The notes: generated by a model not told the origin, from the letters alone. A DNA stretch of 49,158 nt from Candidatus Micrarchaeota archaeon (GCA_021846635.1 JAJZWO010000001.1:1-49158); one strand, 5' to 3'. Shown: positions 26,065-36,036, counted from the first letter of the stretch. Made by a program: numbers and translations.

Positions 26065-27501
26065 ATGGAAAAGCCAGAGAAACCGATAAAGAAGGACGAG
26101 AATTTTTCCGAATGGTACGTTCAGGCCGTAATGCACTCAGGCCTTTTTGATTATGGAGAAGTCTCTGGCACCTTGATATTCCGCCCTGATGGGTATTACC
26201 TCTGGGAATCAATACAGAAAGCAGTAGACCCGCTTTTCAAGGAAGCCGGAATACAGAACGTCTGCTTCCCGCTGTTTATACCCAAGCATTTTCTGGAGAA
26301 GGAGAAGGAGCACATAGAAGGGTTTTCGGCTGAGGTTGCATGGGTCACAAGGGGCGGCCAATCTGAACTTGAGGAAGAGCTTGCAGTTCGCCCGACATCA
26401 GAGACCATAATGTACCCTGCGTACTCTAAATGGATAAGATCCTGGCGCGATCTCCCTATGAGGTACAACCAATGGAACAACGTTGTAAGATGGGAGTTCA
26501 GGCACCCCACGCCACTCCTGAGGAGCAGGGAATTCCTGTGGAATGAAGGCCACACTGTATTTGCCACAAAGGAAGAGGCAGACGCTGAGCGCGATCAGGT
26601 GCTTGGCATATACAAAAATGTTCTCAAAGAGTACCTTGCGCTGGAAGGCATAGTTGGGCAGAAAACAGACTCGGAAAAATTTGCCGGCGCTGAAAAAACT
26701 TTCAGCATAGAATTCATAATGCCTGACGGGCGCATATCACAGGGACCAGACTTCCACGTAGACGGGCAAAAATTCTCAAAAGCGTTTGACATAACCTTCC
26801 TTGACAAGGAGGGCAAGCGCCAATACGCCTACCAGAACACTTTTGCCATAAGCACCAGAATGATAGGCATAATGCTCGGGATGCACGGGGATGACAAGGG
26901 CATAATAATACCGCCAAGGCTTGCCAGGATACAGGTTGTTGCGGTACCGATATATTCGGAGGAAAACAAGGCTGAGATCCTCAAATATGCCAATGAGGTA
27001 AGAGAAAAAATATCAAATGATTTCAGGGTCTTTGTTGATGAAAGCGATGCATACTCCCCAGGATGGAAGTTCAACGAGTGGGAGAGGGCAGGAGTCCCTG
27101 TAAGGATAGAAATCGGCAAGAAAGAAATGTCGTCGAAATCTGTAACAGTGTTCCGCAGGGACACATTTGCAAAGGAAAATGTGGAGACTGCCAACCTGTC
27201 AATTTATCTCTCAAAGCTCCTCCAAGAAATTCACGAAAACTTGTATCAGAAGTCAAAGAGCCTTATAAAAACAAAGATAATGGCTGTCGGAAATTACGAA
27301 AAGCTGAAGGAAGCGGTAAAAGCTGGTTACGCTGTCAAAGTGCTATGGTGCGGCGATAAAGAATGCGAAGCAAAGATAAAGGAGGACACAGCCGCAAGGT
27401 CATCAAACATACCATTTGGCGAGCAGGAAAACATAAACGGCGCATGCGTGTATTGTGGAAAGCCTGCAAAGTACAGGATCAATTTTGGCAGGTCATACTA
27501 A
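26065..27501 (+). CDS. proS: Proline--tRNA ligase (archaeal/eukaryotic type)
   Basis: FSEWY near the N-terminus. Class II motifs (FRHPTPLLRSREFLWNEGH, and a GxGxGxxR equivalent). A C-terminal zinc-like CGDKECE...CVYCG and terminal Y. The ATG is at 26065; the track starts at a TTG at 26056. Confidence 0.9.
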   Translation: MEKPEKPIKKDENFSEWYVQAVMHSGLFDYGEVSGTLIFRPDGYYLWESIQKAVDPLFKEAGIQNVCFPLFIPKHFLEKEKEHIEGFSAEVAWVTRGGQSELEEELAVRPTSETIMYPAYSKWIRSWRDLPMRYNQWNNVVRWEFRHPTPLLRSREFLWNEGHTVFATKEEADAERDQVLGIYKNVLKEYLALEGIVGQKTDSEKFAGAEKTFSIEFIMPDGRISQGPDFHVDGQKFSKAFDITFLDKEGKRQYAYQNTFAISTRMIGIMLGMHGDDKGIIIPPRLARIQVVAVPIYSEENKAEILKYANEVREKISNDFRVFVDESDAYSPGWKFNEWERAGVPVRIEIGKKEMSSKSVTVFRRDTFAKENVETANLSIYLSKLLQEIHENLYQKSKSLIKTKIMAVGNYEKLKEAVKAGYAVKVLWCGDKECEAKIKEDTAARSSNIPFGEQENINGACVYCGKPAKYRINFGRSY

Positions 27502-27503
27502 GT

Positions 27504-28865
27504 TCATGCACCGCGCTTTGAAACTTCCTCTACCGCATCTTCGAAGATACCCATCCCATCGTCTATAGTGCTCTTTTTCACGGTGAGCGGAGGTATTATG
27601 CGTATAGTAGACTCTCCAGAGGGGAGAAGCAGAAGACCCTTATCGAAGCATTTGAGCTGTACCGCATCCCTTGCTTCAGGATTTGGTTCCTTGCCCTTTT
27701 TGTCCTTTACAAATTCTACTCCTATCATAAGCCCTATGCCTCTCACATCGCCAATTATCTCGTAATCGTCCTTCATCCTCTCAAGGCGCTTCATTATGTA
27801 TTTGCCCTTCTGCACTACCTCTTCCGAAAGCCTCGCCTTCTTTGAATTTATCTGCCTGAGCGCTTCATATCCTCCTGCAGTCACTGCAAAATTCCCTCCA
27901 AATGTGTTTGCATGCTTTCCGTAAGGTATATCTCCAAGGGCGTTGCTCACTGCAGTGACTCCTATCGGAAGGCCGGCTCCTACTGACTTCGCCATTGTGT
28001 ATATGTCCGCAGTAATCCCGAAGTTTTCTAGCGCTAGGAACTTTCCAGTCCTCATGTAGCCAGACTGCACCTCATCTGCAATCATAAGCATGCCATTCTC
28101 ATCGGCAAGCTTTTTGAGCTCCTTAAAGTAATCCTTAGGCGGTACTATGTAGCCTCCTTCTCCCTGTATCGGCTCGAACATTATCGCGCTAACCTCCTTT
28201 GGGCTAACCTCCTTGGATAGCGGATACTTCTTTATGTAGTCTATGCATGCAAAGCCGCACCCGGGATACTTCTCGTTGAAAGGGCACCTGTAGCAGTAAG
28301 GGAACGGAGCGTGTATGTCATTCGGGAATGGACCGAACTGCTCCCTCTGTATCGATTTCGAAGCAGTGACTCCTAGAGACCCTCCAGTCCTTCCATGGAA
28401 GGCGTTGTAAAAACCGAGTATGTAGCTTCTGTTGCTGTATATCTTTGCGAACTTTATCGCTGCTTCGTTAGCTTCAGTGCCAGAGTTGGAAAGGAAAAGC
28501 TTGCCGAAGCCCCTTGGCATGAGCTTGAGAAGCTCCTCGCCGAACCTAACCGGCATCTCCCCATAAAAATCGGTGAAAGCAGAATGCATGAGAAGGTCTA
28601 TCTGCTTCTTTATCGCATTTCTCACGCTGCTGTTAGAGTTTACTCCGAGATTGTATACCGATATGAAGCTGGTAAAGTCTATGAACTTTCTTCCATCTAT
28701 ATCGTATGCGAAGTCTCCTTCTCCCCTATGCGGGACAAACGGAAACGGCTCTCTCGTAGTGGTAAGAAACACCTTCTTGTCTCTAGCTATTATACCCTGT
28801 ACTTTTTTCGAAAGCTTTTGCGCCACGCAATCACCTGATCTCATCCCTGTACTCCTTATACTCAA
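27504..28865 (-). CDS. Class-III PLP-dependent aminotransferase (GabT/ornithine/acetylornithine aminotransferase-like)
   Basis: 453 aa. Motifs are SNSGTEANEAAIKFA, ADEVQSGYMRTGKF and YTMAKSVGAGLPIG (the lysine in MAKS). Confidence 0.8.
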   Translation of the reverse strand: MSIRSTGMRSGDCVAQKLSKKVQGIIARDKKVFLTTTREPFPFVPHRGEGDFAYDIDGRKFIDFTSFISVYNLGVNSNSSVRNAIKKQIDLLMHSAFTDFYGEMPVRFGEELLKLMPRGFGKLFLSNSGTEANEAAIKFAKIYSNRSYILGFYNAFHGRTGGSLGVTASKSIQREQFGPFPNDIHAPFPYCYRCPFNEKYPGCGFACIDYIKKYPLSKEVSPKEVSAIMFEPIQGEGGYIVPPKDYFKELKKLADENGMLMIADEVQSGYMRTGKFLALENFGITADIYTMAKSVGAGLPIGVTAVSNALGDIPYGKHANTFGGNFAVTAGGYEALRQINSKKARLSEEVVQKGKYIMKRLERMKDDYEIIGDVRGIGLMIGVEFVKDKKGKEPNPEARDAVQLKCFDKGLLLLPSGESTIRIIPPLTVKKSTIDDGMGIFEDAVEEVSKRGA

Positions 28866-30243
28866 GCAATGCTTTAAAAGCCCTGGCAGCCTGGTCGGGC
28901 GAGGAATACACAGGCACTCCTGAGCTCTCCATCATGTTCCTGTGTGCCTGGGTGTAGCTGCCCCCGGGGCTCACTACTGCTATCGGCTTGACACGTGTAG
29001 CAGAGTAATTTATCAAGCTTGCCGCTACACGCGAATCAGCTCCTGGGGTCTGAAAGAGGGCTATCACCATTATGGCATCTACATTAGGGTCAGAGCTCGC
29101 TACATCAAGCGCGGCAGCAAATCTCTTGTCATCCGCATCTCCAGCCATGTCCATAGGCATCTTTATGTTTACTATGGGCGGCATAATCTTTCTTAGCGCC
29201 TTTTCAGATTCCTTTGAGAACGATGCCAGCTCCAGACCGGCCTCGTACAGCGCATCCGTGGCTATTACTCCTACTCCCCCGCCGTTGGTTATTATCGCAA
29301 CCCTCTTGCCCATTGGGAACGGCTGTGTCTCGAACATCTTTGCGAAGTCCATCACATCCTGCATTGTCTTTGCCTGCGTTATCCCGAACTGCTTGAAAAC
29401 GGCCTCGTACGCCTGATAGCTTCCTGCAAGCGACGCCGTGTGCGAGTGTGCTGCTGTCGCGCCCGCCTCTGTAGCACCGCCTTTTATCATTATAACAGGC
29501 TTTTTTGCAGTTATCCTCTTTGAAGCCTCTATGAACTCCTTGCCGCGCTTTGCGCCTTCCATGTAGAAAATGACCACTGTGGTCTCATCGTCTCTGGCAA
29601 GGTAATCCAGTATATCTACCTCGTCTATGTCTATGGCGTTCCCGTAAGAGATGAACTTTGATAGCCCGAACCCTTCCGCGTCAATCATGTCAAGTATGGA
29701 GCTGCCGACGGCACCGCTTTGAGAAGCGAAACTCACGCCCCCTATCTTTGGCCTGTCTATCTTAAATGTGGGAAGGAATAGGGTATCAACCCTTGCACGG
29801 GTATTCATTATTCCAAGGCAGTTGGGGCCCATCAATATAAAGGAACTCCTTTTTGTTATCTCAACAAGCTTATCCTGAAGGTCATTTCTTCCGATCTCTG
29901 CATATCCGCCGCTGACGACGACTACGCTCTTCACTTTAGCTTTGCCGCATTCCTCAAGTATCGCAGGAGTCGCTTCCGCAGGCACAGCTATAACAACGAG
30001 GTCCAGCGGCTTTCCTATGGATTTTACGCTTCTGTAAGCTTTGTAGCCCATTATGCTGTCTCCTGGCTTGGCATTTATGTTTACCGGAAACATTTCGCCG
30101 TCGTATCCTACGTCTATGTAGTTCTGCAGTATTATGTGCCCAACCTTGTTAGGGTTGCTCGTAGCGCCAACTATGGCAACGCTGCGCGGAGCCATCAAAA
30201 TGTCAAAAAGCTTTCTTCTTGTATTAATGTCCATTATTGCCAC
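28831..30243 (-). CDS. acdA: Acetate--CoA ligase (ADP-forming), alpha subunit (CoA-binding plus CoA-ligase domains)
   Basis: 470 aa. The start is SVAIVGATSNPNKVGH. The phosphohistidine loop is AAHSHTASLAGS. Confidence 0.8.
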   Translation of the reverse strand: MAIMDINTRRKLFDILMAPRSVAIVGATSNPNKVGHIILQNYIDVGYDGEMFPVNINAKPGDSIMGYKAYRSVKSIGKPLDLVVIAVPAEATPAILEECGKAKVKSVVVVSGGYAEIGRNDLQDKLVEITKRSSFILMGPNCLGIMNTRARVDTLFLPTFKIDRPKIGGVSFASQSGAVGSSILDMIDAEGFGLSKFISYGNAIDIDEVDILDYLARDDETTVVIFYMEGAKRGKEFIEASKRITAKKPVIMIKGGATEAGATAAHSHTASLAGSYQAYEAVFKQFGITQAKTMQDVMDFAKMFETQPFPMGKRVAIITNGGGVGVIATDALYEAGLELASFSKESEKALRKIMPPIVNIKMPMDMAGDADDKRFAAALDVASSDPNVDAIMVIALFQTPGADSRVAASLINYSATRVKPIAVVSPGGSYTQAHRNMMESSGVPVYSSPDQAARAFKALLEYKEYRDEIR

Positions 30244-30858
30244 CTAAACCATTACCCTCAAATCAACAGCGTCGTAGCCCTTATCGTGCAGTATTATCGG
30301 ATTCAGATCCAATTCCGCAATCTCGTTCTCGGAAAGCATCTTAGAAACCTTCAGAAGCAGCTCCACAAGCATGCGCTCAGATCCCGTGTCCTTTGCTATT
30401 ACGCTTTTCGACTTCAGCTGCTCTATCATGGCTTCGGCATCGTGCCGCGTTATTGGGCATACCCTGAGCGCGAAATCCCTGAATACCTCTACGTATATGC
30501 CTCCCAAGCCTATGAGTATCAGCTTTCCGAACTGCTCATCTGTCCTGCCTCCAACTATTATTTCAAGCCCGCCAGGCGCCATCCTCTGGCCCAGTATCCT
30601 GTACGGCTTGTATTTTTCGGCCTTCCTTGAAAGTTCAGCAAAAGCTTTCTCCGCATTATCGCTTGATACGTTGAGCATTACCAGCCCGCTTTTCGTCTTG
30701 TGGAGCGCCTTCTGCGATATCGCCTTCATGGCAATGTTGCTGCCTTCTGCGAACTTCGCAGCATCTCTCCCGCTAATAAGATACTTGCTCTCTACAGATC
30801 TTATCCCATACTTTTCAAGAAGCGCTCTGGCCTTTTCATATTCCAAAAGATGTGCCAT
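30244..30858 (-). CDS. acdB: Acetate--CoA ligase (ADP-forming), beta subunit (ATP-grasp domain)
   Basis: 204 aa. The start is EYEKARALLEKYGI. The stop abuts the acdA start, with no gap. Confidence 0.7.
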   Translation of the reverse strand: MAHLLEYEKARALLEKYGIRSVESKYLISGRDAAKFAEGSNIAMKAISQKALHKTKSGLVMLNVSSDNAEKAFAELSRKAEKYKPYRILGQRMAPGGLEIIVGGRTDEQFGKLILIGLGGIYVEVFRDFALRVCPITRHDAEAMIEQLKSKSVIAKDTGSERMLVELLLKVSKMLSENEIAELDLNPIILHDKGYDAVDLRVMV

Positions 30859-30865
30859 TCAATCA

Positions 30866-31615
30866 TCACAAGCTTCTGATTAGAAGCACTACCAAAATTA
30901 TAATTATTATGGCCAATAAAATAAGTATTGCGGGTTTCTTAGTTCCGCTTTTGCCTGGCGCCATCTTCTGCAACTCCTGCACTTCTTTCTCGTCATACAC
31001 ACCTCCCGGCATCTGCGGCTTGGCTTCCTGGCTGCTGGTTTGCTGTACAGTCTGATTTGCCTGCTGCGGTTCCGGTTTCACAGCCTGCGCAGGTGCTGCC
31101 TGCGCTGTCGCATTTGCAGACGTCTGCGGGGCAGCGGCTTGTACCTGAACCTTTTGCGGCATGCCTTCCTTGGCCCTCATGAACCCCTTCTCTGTCAACG
31201 ATATCGCTATCACACCATTTCTTATCTCGTACGTTGCGAAGCCCTGCTTGGAGAGCTTGTACAGGTGCATCGCCATGTCTGTCTCTGCTATGTTTATAGC
31301 GCCCGATATGTCCGGCAGTGACCTCTTCCCTTTCGACAGCTGCTCAATTATCTCCATATCAAGATGATCAAACTCGCTTTCTGCCTTTGCCGAAAGATCC
31401 TGAAGAAGCTTGTTGCCCGTTTCAGTTATCTTTATCTCATTCTGTCCTGGAAAATTGGTTTCGAAATCAACCAGCTTTTTCATCCTCAGCGTGCCAAGTA
31501 TGTTTGAAGCATCAAAAAATGACGAGTTTATGGCGCTGCCAAAATTCTCCACATAAGTTTGCGGCGTTATCCTTGTAAGCGCCACCACATCAACGAAATT
31601 AGGTTCAGCAGACAT
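30866..31615 (-). CDS. Hypothetical tail-anchored membrane protein with two wHTH-like modules and a Q/A/P-rich linker
   Basis: 249 aa. Two similar segments end in IKITETGNKLL and IAISLTEKGFM. A low-complexity linker follows (QVQAAAPQTSANATAQAAPAQAVKPEPQQ). There is a single C-terminal TM helix (PAILILLAIIIIILVVLLI). I recognise no family. Confidence 0.5.
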   Translation of the reverse strand: MSAEPNFVDVVALTRITPQTYVENFGSAINSSFFDASNILGTLRMKKLVDFETNFPGQNEIKITETGNKLLQDLSAKAESEFDHLDMEIIEQLSKGKRSLPDISGAINIAETDMAMHLYKLSKQGFATYEIRNGVIAISLTEKGFMRAKEGMPQKVQVQAAAPQTSANATAQAAPAQAVKPEPQQANQTVQQTSSQEAKPQMPGGVYDEKEVQELQKMAPGKSGTKKPAILILLAIIIIILVVLLIRSL

Positions 31616-31699
31616 GCAATCATTCTGTAAATTTTACGATTATATCTATCAGAACTTTTATATATGTATTTTAATAAAGTGTGAGTGTCGACCTTTTTT

Positions 31700-32974
31700 A
31701 TGCGGCAATGTGGTTCTTTGCGTTTTAGTTTCTTCGGTGGTGCGCAGGAAGTTGGCAGGTCTTCCATTCTGCTATCGGACGATAGAAAGATAATGCTCGA
31801 CTTTGGAATCAAGATAGACCACAAGACCGAATTTCCAACCGCAATACCTTCTATAGACGCGGCTGTGATAAGCCATGCGCACCTCGACCACAGCGGGTTC
31901 GCACCCGCTCTGTACAACGAGAACTCTTGCCCAACGTTCGGGACGAAGCCAACGCTTGAGCTTTCCATGCTCCTGATAGAGGATGCGATGAAGATAGCAA
32001 AAAACGAGCACTCCAATATACATTACCACAAGCGTCAGGCAAACATCTACAATACAAAGTTCGTACCGCTTAATTTCAAGCAGCCGATGCCGTTCGGCAA
32101 CTATGACATAGAGCTTTACGATGCGGGGCACATATGCGGAAGCGCAGTGACATTGATAGAGCGGAAGAAAGCGAAGGAGAACAAGCGTGTCGTATACACT
32201 GGAGATTTTAAATTGGGAAAGCAGTTCTTGCATTCCGGTGCTGACATAGTCAAGAGCGACGTCCTAATAATAGAGTCAACCTACGAGTCGCGCGAGCATC
32301 CCGACAGGCGCAAGCTCGAGGAGAAATTCATCGATGACATAAAGGCTACCCTGGACAATGGCGGAACGGCACTGATCCCGGTTTTTGCTGTAGGCAGGAG
32401 CCAGGAAATCCTTGCCATGCTTTACAAATATAGGCTGACGCCAATATCATACGTTGATGGGATGGCAAGGGCCGCCACAACCATAGTGTCAAAGAATTCG
32501 AAATTCATCAAGAACGGAGACGTTCTCTCCAAAGCCATAATGGAGACGGTGTGGGTAGACGATTATCATGTCCGGAAGGAAGCGCTCGAGGAACCGTCGG
32601 TGATACTTACGACTGCAGGCATGCTTAACGGCGGCCCAGTGCTCAACTACATAACAAAGCTTAACAAGTATTCCAAAATACTACTCACAGGATATCAGGC
32701 AGAAGGGACCAACGGCAGACAGATACTTGAGAATGGCCACATAACTGTAAAGAATTCGAAGATTAAGATAAATAATGAAGTTGAGCAGTATGATTTTTCT
32801 GCGCATGCAAGCGATTCCGATCTTTACGAATATGTACGCTCAAGCGCCCCCAACCATGTAATCTGCGTGCATGGCGACAGGGAACGCACCATGCACTTCG
32901 CAGAGACGCTGAACGGCGAAGGCTTTGATGCATATGCCCCTGCCGTTGGAGACACGATAGAGATACCGGGATAA
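31700..32974 (+). CDS. Beta-CASP metallo-beta-lactamase ribonuclease (aCPSF2/RNase J-like)
   Basis: FFGGAQEVGRSS near the N-terminus, HAHLDHSG, and beta-CASP/MBL C-terminal motifs (FSAHAS, CVHGD). The ATG is at 31700; the track starts at a GTG at 31685. Confidence 0.75.
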   Translation: MRQCGSLRFSFFGGAQEVGRSSILLSDDRKIMLDFGIKIDHKTEFPTAIPSIDAAVISHAHLDHSGFAPALYNENSCPTFGTKPTLELSMLLIEDAMKIAKNEHSNIHYHKRQANIYNTKFVPLNFKQPMPFGNYDIELYDAGHICGSAVTLIERKKAKENKRVVYTGDFKLGKQFLHSGADIVKSDVLIIESTYESREHPDRRKLEEKFIDDIKATLDNGGTALIPVFAVGRSQEILAMLYKYRLTPISYVDGMARAATTIVSKNSKFIKNGDVLSKAIMETVWVDDYHVRKEALEEPSVILTTAGMLNGGPVLNYITKLNKYSKILLTGYQAEGTNGRQILENGHITVKNSKIKINNEVEQYDFSAHASDSDLYEYVRSSAPNHVICVHGDRERTMHFAETLNGEGFDAYAPAVGDTIEIPG

Positions 32975-33937
32975 TCAGGAGAGCCCAAGAGCAGCGGCCA
33001 TAAATGGCAGCACTATTGTCGCGTCCCCGTCAATTGTCACGTATTTTGCCTTCTCCTTTATCTTACCCCAAGATACCGCCTCTGTAAGCCTCGCGCCTGA
33101 AAGGCTTCCATCGAACTGGGAAGCTGTTGTTATGTATACTGCGTAATCAAGGCCCCCCTTAAACTGGTTCCACCATATCACGTGGTGCTTGCTTATCCCC
33201 CCTCCTATCATTAGCGCTCCTGTTGTTTTGTTGTCGAATGAAATGTTGCTCAGCGCAAGCTCGTCCTTTAGCATGTTAAGCTTGAAATCATGGTCCTGCG
33301 AGAAGATGGCGAGCTGCGTCCCAAATGCGCCGTCCACTATGCCGGGATTGTATATGGGCACCTTGTTCAGATAAGCCTGCCTAAGTATGGACCCCTGGTC
33401 CTTGATCCTCTTCCCGAATTCGTTTATCAGCTCGCTTGGGGAATACTCCTTCTTGTAGTCCTTTGATGCATATATGTCCTTCATCGTTGAATTGAATGCC
33501 TCTTCCAGCTTTCCGCCGTACTGATAATTCTCTATAAATACGTTGCCAAGCCTGTAAATCTTGGCCCTGTGCAGCGCCGCATCGTCTGCCTCGAAAGTTC
33601 CCTTCGAATAAACGCCACCGTACGCCCTTGCAATATCATGGTCTAGCGTGCCGCAAGTTGTTATTATTGCATCGAAGTACTTCACCATTCCGGCAAGCAC
33701 CCCTCTTAGCCCAGTTGACACTATGTCCGCAGGAAACGAAAGAAAGTTGAATGAGTCCTTATCCTTTATCATTTCTCCGAGTATCTCCTTCCCTCTTACC
33801 ATGTGCTGCCCTGAGAACCCTCCCATATCCGACATTCCATCAAAAAGCCCGGACACCTTCATGCCTTTAGTTATCTTTATGTCCTTTATCCTCTTACCAA
33901 GTATTCCATTCTTTGAAGCCGCCATTAGATTCACCAA
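32975..33937 (-). CDS. dys: Deoxyhypusine synthase
   Basis: 320 aa. Motifs are TTCGTLDHD, IGGGISKHH and GARLTEAVSWGK. Confidence 0.85.
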   Translation of the reverse strand: MVNLMAASKNGILGKRIKDIKITKGMKVSGLFDGMSDMGGFSGQHMVRGKEILGEMIKDKDSFNFLSFPADIVSTGLRGVLAGMVKYFDAIITTCGTLDHDIARAYGGVYSKGTFEADDAALHRAKIYRLGNVFIENYQYGGKLEEAFNSTMKDIYASKDYKKEYSPSELINEFGKRIKDQGSILRQAYLNKVPIYNPGIVDGAFGTQLAIFSQDHDFKLNMLKDELALSNISFDNKTTGALMIGGGISKHHVIWWNQFKGGLDYAVYITTASQFDGSLSGARLTEAVSWGKIKEKAKYVTIDGDATIVLPFMAAALGLS

Positions 33938-34088
33938 TTACAAGTATACGGCAGAGCTATTTATTATTTTTTTGTGATTGACAACAGCAGCAATCCAAAA
34001 CGCCAAACAGAGTTGCATTCGCCATGTTTGCGCAAATTATTTAATGCTTCATACCGAATAATATCATATAAAACAACGGTCGGTTCTC

Positions 34089-35189
34089 ATGGATGATTCT
34101 ATTCAAAAAGACGAGGCACTCAGCCCAGATGACGAGGAAATACTAAAGTTCATAGAATCCTCCAAGCCAAAGATATACGTTGTCGGCACGGGCGGATCAG
34201 GTAGCAACACGATAAACAGGCTTAACGCAATCGGTGTAAAGGACGCAACACTGGTCGCAATGAACACCGATGCGCCTCACCTTGTCAAGACGCGGTCCGA
34301 GAGGAAGCTGCTTCTCGGCAAGAAGATAACCAGGGGGCTCGGCGCCGGCAGCGACATAAAAGTAGGAGAGGAAGCCGCCATAGAGAGCAAGGAGGAGATC
34401 AGGCACCTGCTCTCCGATTCACAGATGGTATTCATAACCTGCGGTCTGGGCGGGGGAACAGGCACAGGCTCAATAGCCACAATAGCACACGAAGCCAGGG
34501 AGGCCGGGGCGCTTACAATAGCAATAGTCACGCTTCCTTTTTCGAGCGAAGGCAGGGTTAGGATGAAGAATGCCCTGGAAGGGCTCTCCAAGCTCAGGAA
34601 GGTTTGCGACACTACGATAATAATACACAACGACAAGCTTCTTTCCATAGCGCCGGACCTTCCGCTGAATATGGCTTTCCGTGTATCGGATGAAGTCCTG
34701 GCAAGCGCGGCTAAGGGCATAGTTGAGATGGTGACAAAACCTGGCATGGTAAACATAGATTTTGCTGACCTCCGCGCCGTGCTGAAGGAATCCGGTTATG
34801 CCGTGATAGGAACCGGGGAAGGAATGCCTACGAACGATGGCACGAGCAGGGCGGCTGTTGCTCTTGAGAACGCCATAAAGAGCCCGCTTCTTGATGTTGA
34901 TTTCTCAAACGCCAAGAAGGCTCTGGTCAACATAACAGGAGGCGAGAGCCTTACGCTTCGCGAAGCCGAGATGATATTCCAGGAGGTATCAAACAGGATA
35001 AGCGATGACGCAATGGTAAAATGGGGCGCCAGGATAGAGGATGGAATGCAGAAAGACATGCTCAAGGTAATGATAGTCATAAGCGGTGTAGAATTTCCAG
35101 AATACACAGAGGAAGGGATAAAGAGGAGCATAAAGAACATAAGCAAGAACGAGCCACTGGATCTCGACGAATTGTTTACAGGAAAATAA
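34089..35189 (+). CDS. ftsZ: Cell division protein FtsZ
   Basis: Motifs GTGGSGSN, NTDAPHL and the tubulin signature GGGTGTGS. Confidence 0.95.
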   Translation: MDDSIQKDEALSPDDEEILKFIESSKPKIYVVGTGGSGSNTINRLNAIGVKDATLVAMNTDAPHLVKTRSERKLLLGKKITRGLGAGSDIKVGEEAAIESKEEIRHLLSDSQMVFITCGLGGGTGTGSIATIAHEAREAGALTIAIVTLPFSSEGRVRMKNALEGLSKLRKVCDTTIIIHNDKLLSIAPDLPLNMAFRVSDEVLASAAKGIVEMVTKPGMVNIDFADLRAVLKESGYAVIGTGEGMPTNDGTSRAAVALENAIKSPLLDVDFSNAKKALVNITGGESLTLREAEMIFQEVSNRISDDAMVKWGARIEDGMQKDMLKVMIVISGVEFPEYTEEGIKRSIKNISKNEPLDLDELFTGK

Positions 35190-35216
35190 GGGAAATAAAT
35201 AGAGTAGTTTAAAAAT

Positions 35217-35393
35217 TCAAACCGCTTTCGACTTGTACCTGTGCGCGACAAGCTTCTTGTTAATCTTCCTCTTTACTACTATGCTGTTCTTGTAGCATCT
35301 GCCAGAGCAGTAGTACTTTATCGCGCCTGTCCTGAAGACGTACATTATGCCAGTTCCCTGTTTTATGGGCTTTGAGCAGTAAGAGCAGTCCAT
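35217..35393 (-). CDS. rpl24e: 50S ribosomal protein L24e
   Basis: Hand-translated 58 aa, below the ORF-track cutoff: MDCSYCSKPIKQGTGIMYVFRTGAIKYYCSGRCYKNSIVVKRKINKKLVAHRYKSKAV. It has the L24e zinc-ribbon pattern C-x2-C...C-x3-C and lies downstream of S28e, as in the conserved L7Ae-S28e-L24e operon. Confidence 0.85.
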   Translation of the reverse strand: MDCSYCSKPIKQGTGIMYVFRTGAIKYYCSGRCYKNSIVVKRKINKKLVAHRYKSKAV

Positions 35394-35397
35394 AGTA

Positions 35398-35631
35398 TCA
35401 CTTCACCTTGATCTCACGCGCCTCCCTGTTGGTATCCGGCAGCCTTATCACGTCGCCAACCATGGCAGGGCCGAGCATGTTTCTCCTTATTATCCTTCCC
35501 TTGTCTCTTCCTTCGAGAATCTTGCAGCTTACCTGGTATATCTCGCCGTATATGCCTGTCTTCCTTTTCTTGTTTATCTCCACTATCTCTGCGAGAAAGC
35601 CTGAAAACTGCTGCTGAGATTCTCCTTCCAT
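35398..35631 (-). CDS. rps28e: 30S ribosomal protein S28e
   Basis: 77 aa. ILEGRDKGRIIRRNMLGP..VGDVIRL..TNREAREIK matches the S28e consensus. Confidence 0.85.
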   Translation of the reverse strand: MEGESQQQFSGFLAEIVEINKKRKTGIYGEIYQVSCKILEGRDKGRIIRRNMLGPAMVGDVIRLPDTNREAREIKVK

Positions 35632-35637
35632 CTATAA

Positions 35638-36036
35638 TCACTCCTGCTTCTTTTCCTGCGCCTGCTCCTTCTTTGAGCTTCCCGTAAGCCTAGATATTAT
35701 ATCTTTTATGCTCTGCGCAGCATTGCCCTGATTTTCTACCGCCACTGCGGTGCAAGGGACGTTGAGCCCTATCGACTTACCGAGTTCCAGCTTGTTCGGC
35801 ACGTAAGTATAAGCGATTTTCTTCTGTTCGCATATTGACGGTATGTGCATCACAACCTCTTCCGGGTCGACGTCCTCTGCGATAACTACGAACGATGCCA
35901 GCCCGCGCTCGACACTCTTCGTGACCTCGTTTGAGCCCTTCTTCACGCTGCCTGACTGCTTAACGAGCTGAAGAGCCTCGTAGGTTTTTTTGACCACTTC
36001 CTCTGGGACTTCGAATTTTACGAAAGACTTTGCCAT
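35638..36036 (-). CDS. rpl7ae: 50S ribosomal protein L7Ae (k-turn binding)
   Basis: VKKGSNEVTKSVERGLASFVVIAEDVDPEE matches the family. I take the start as the ATG at 36036 (MAKSFVKFEVP). The track ORF extends to 36060. Confidence 0.9.
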   Translation of the reverse strand: MAKSFVKFEVPEEVVKKTYEALQLVKQSGSVKKGSNEVTKSVERGLASFVVIAEDVDPEEVVMHIPSICEQKKIAYTYVPNKLELGKSIGLNVPCTAVAVENQGNAAQSIKDIISRLTGSSKKEQAQEKKQE

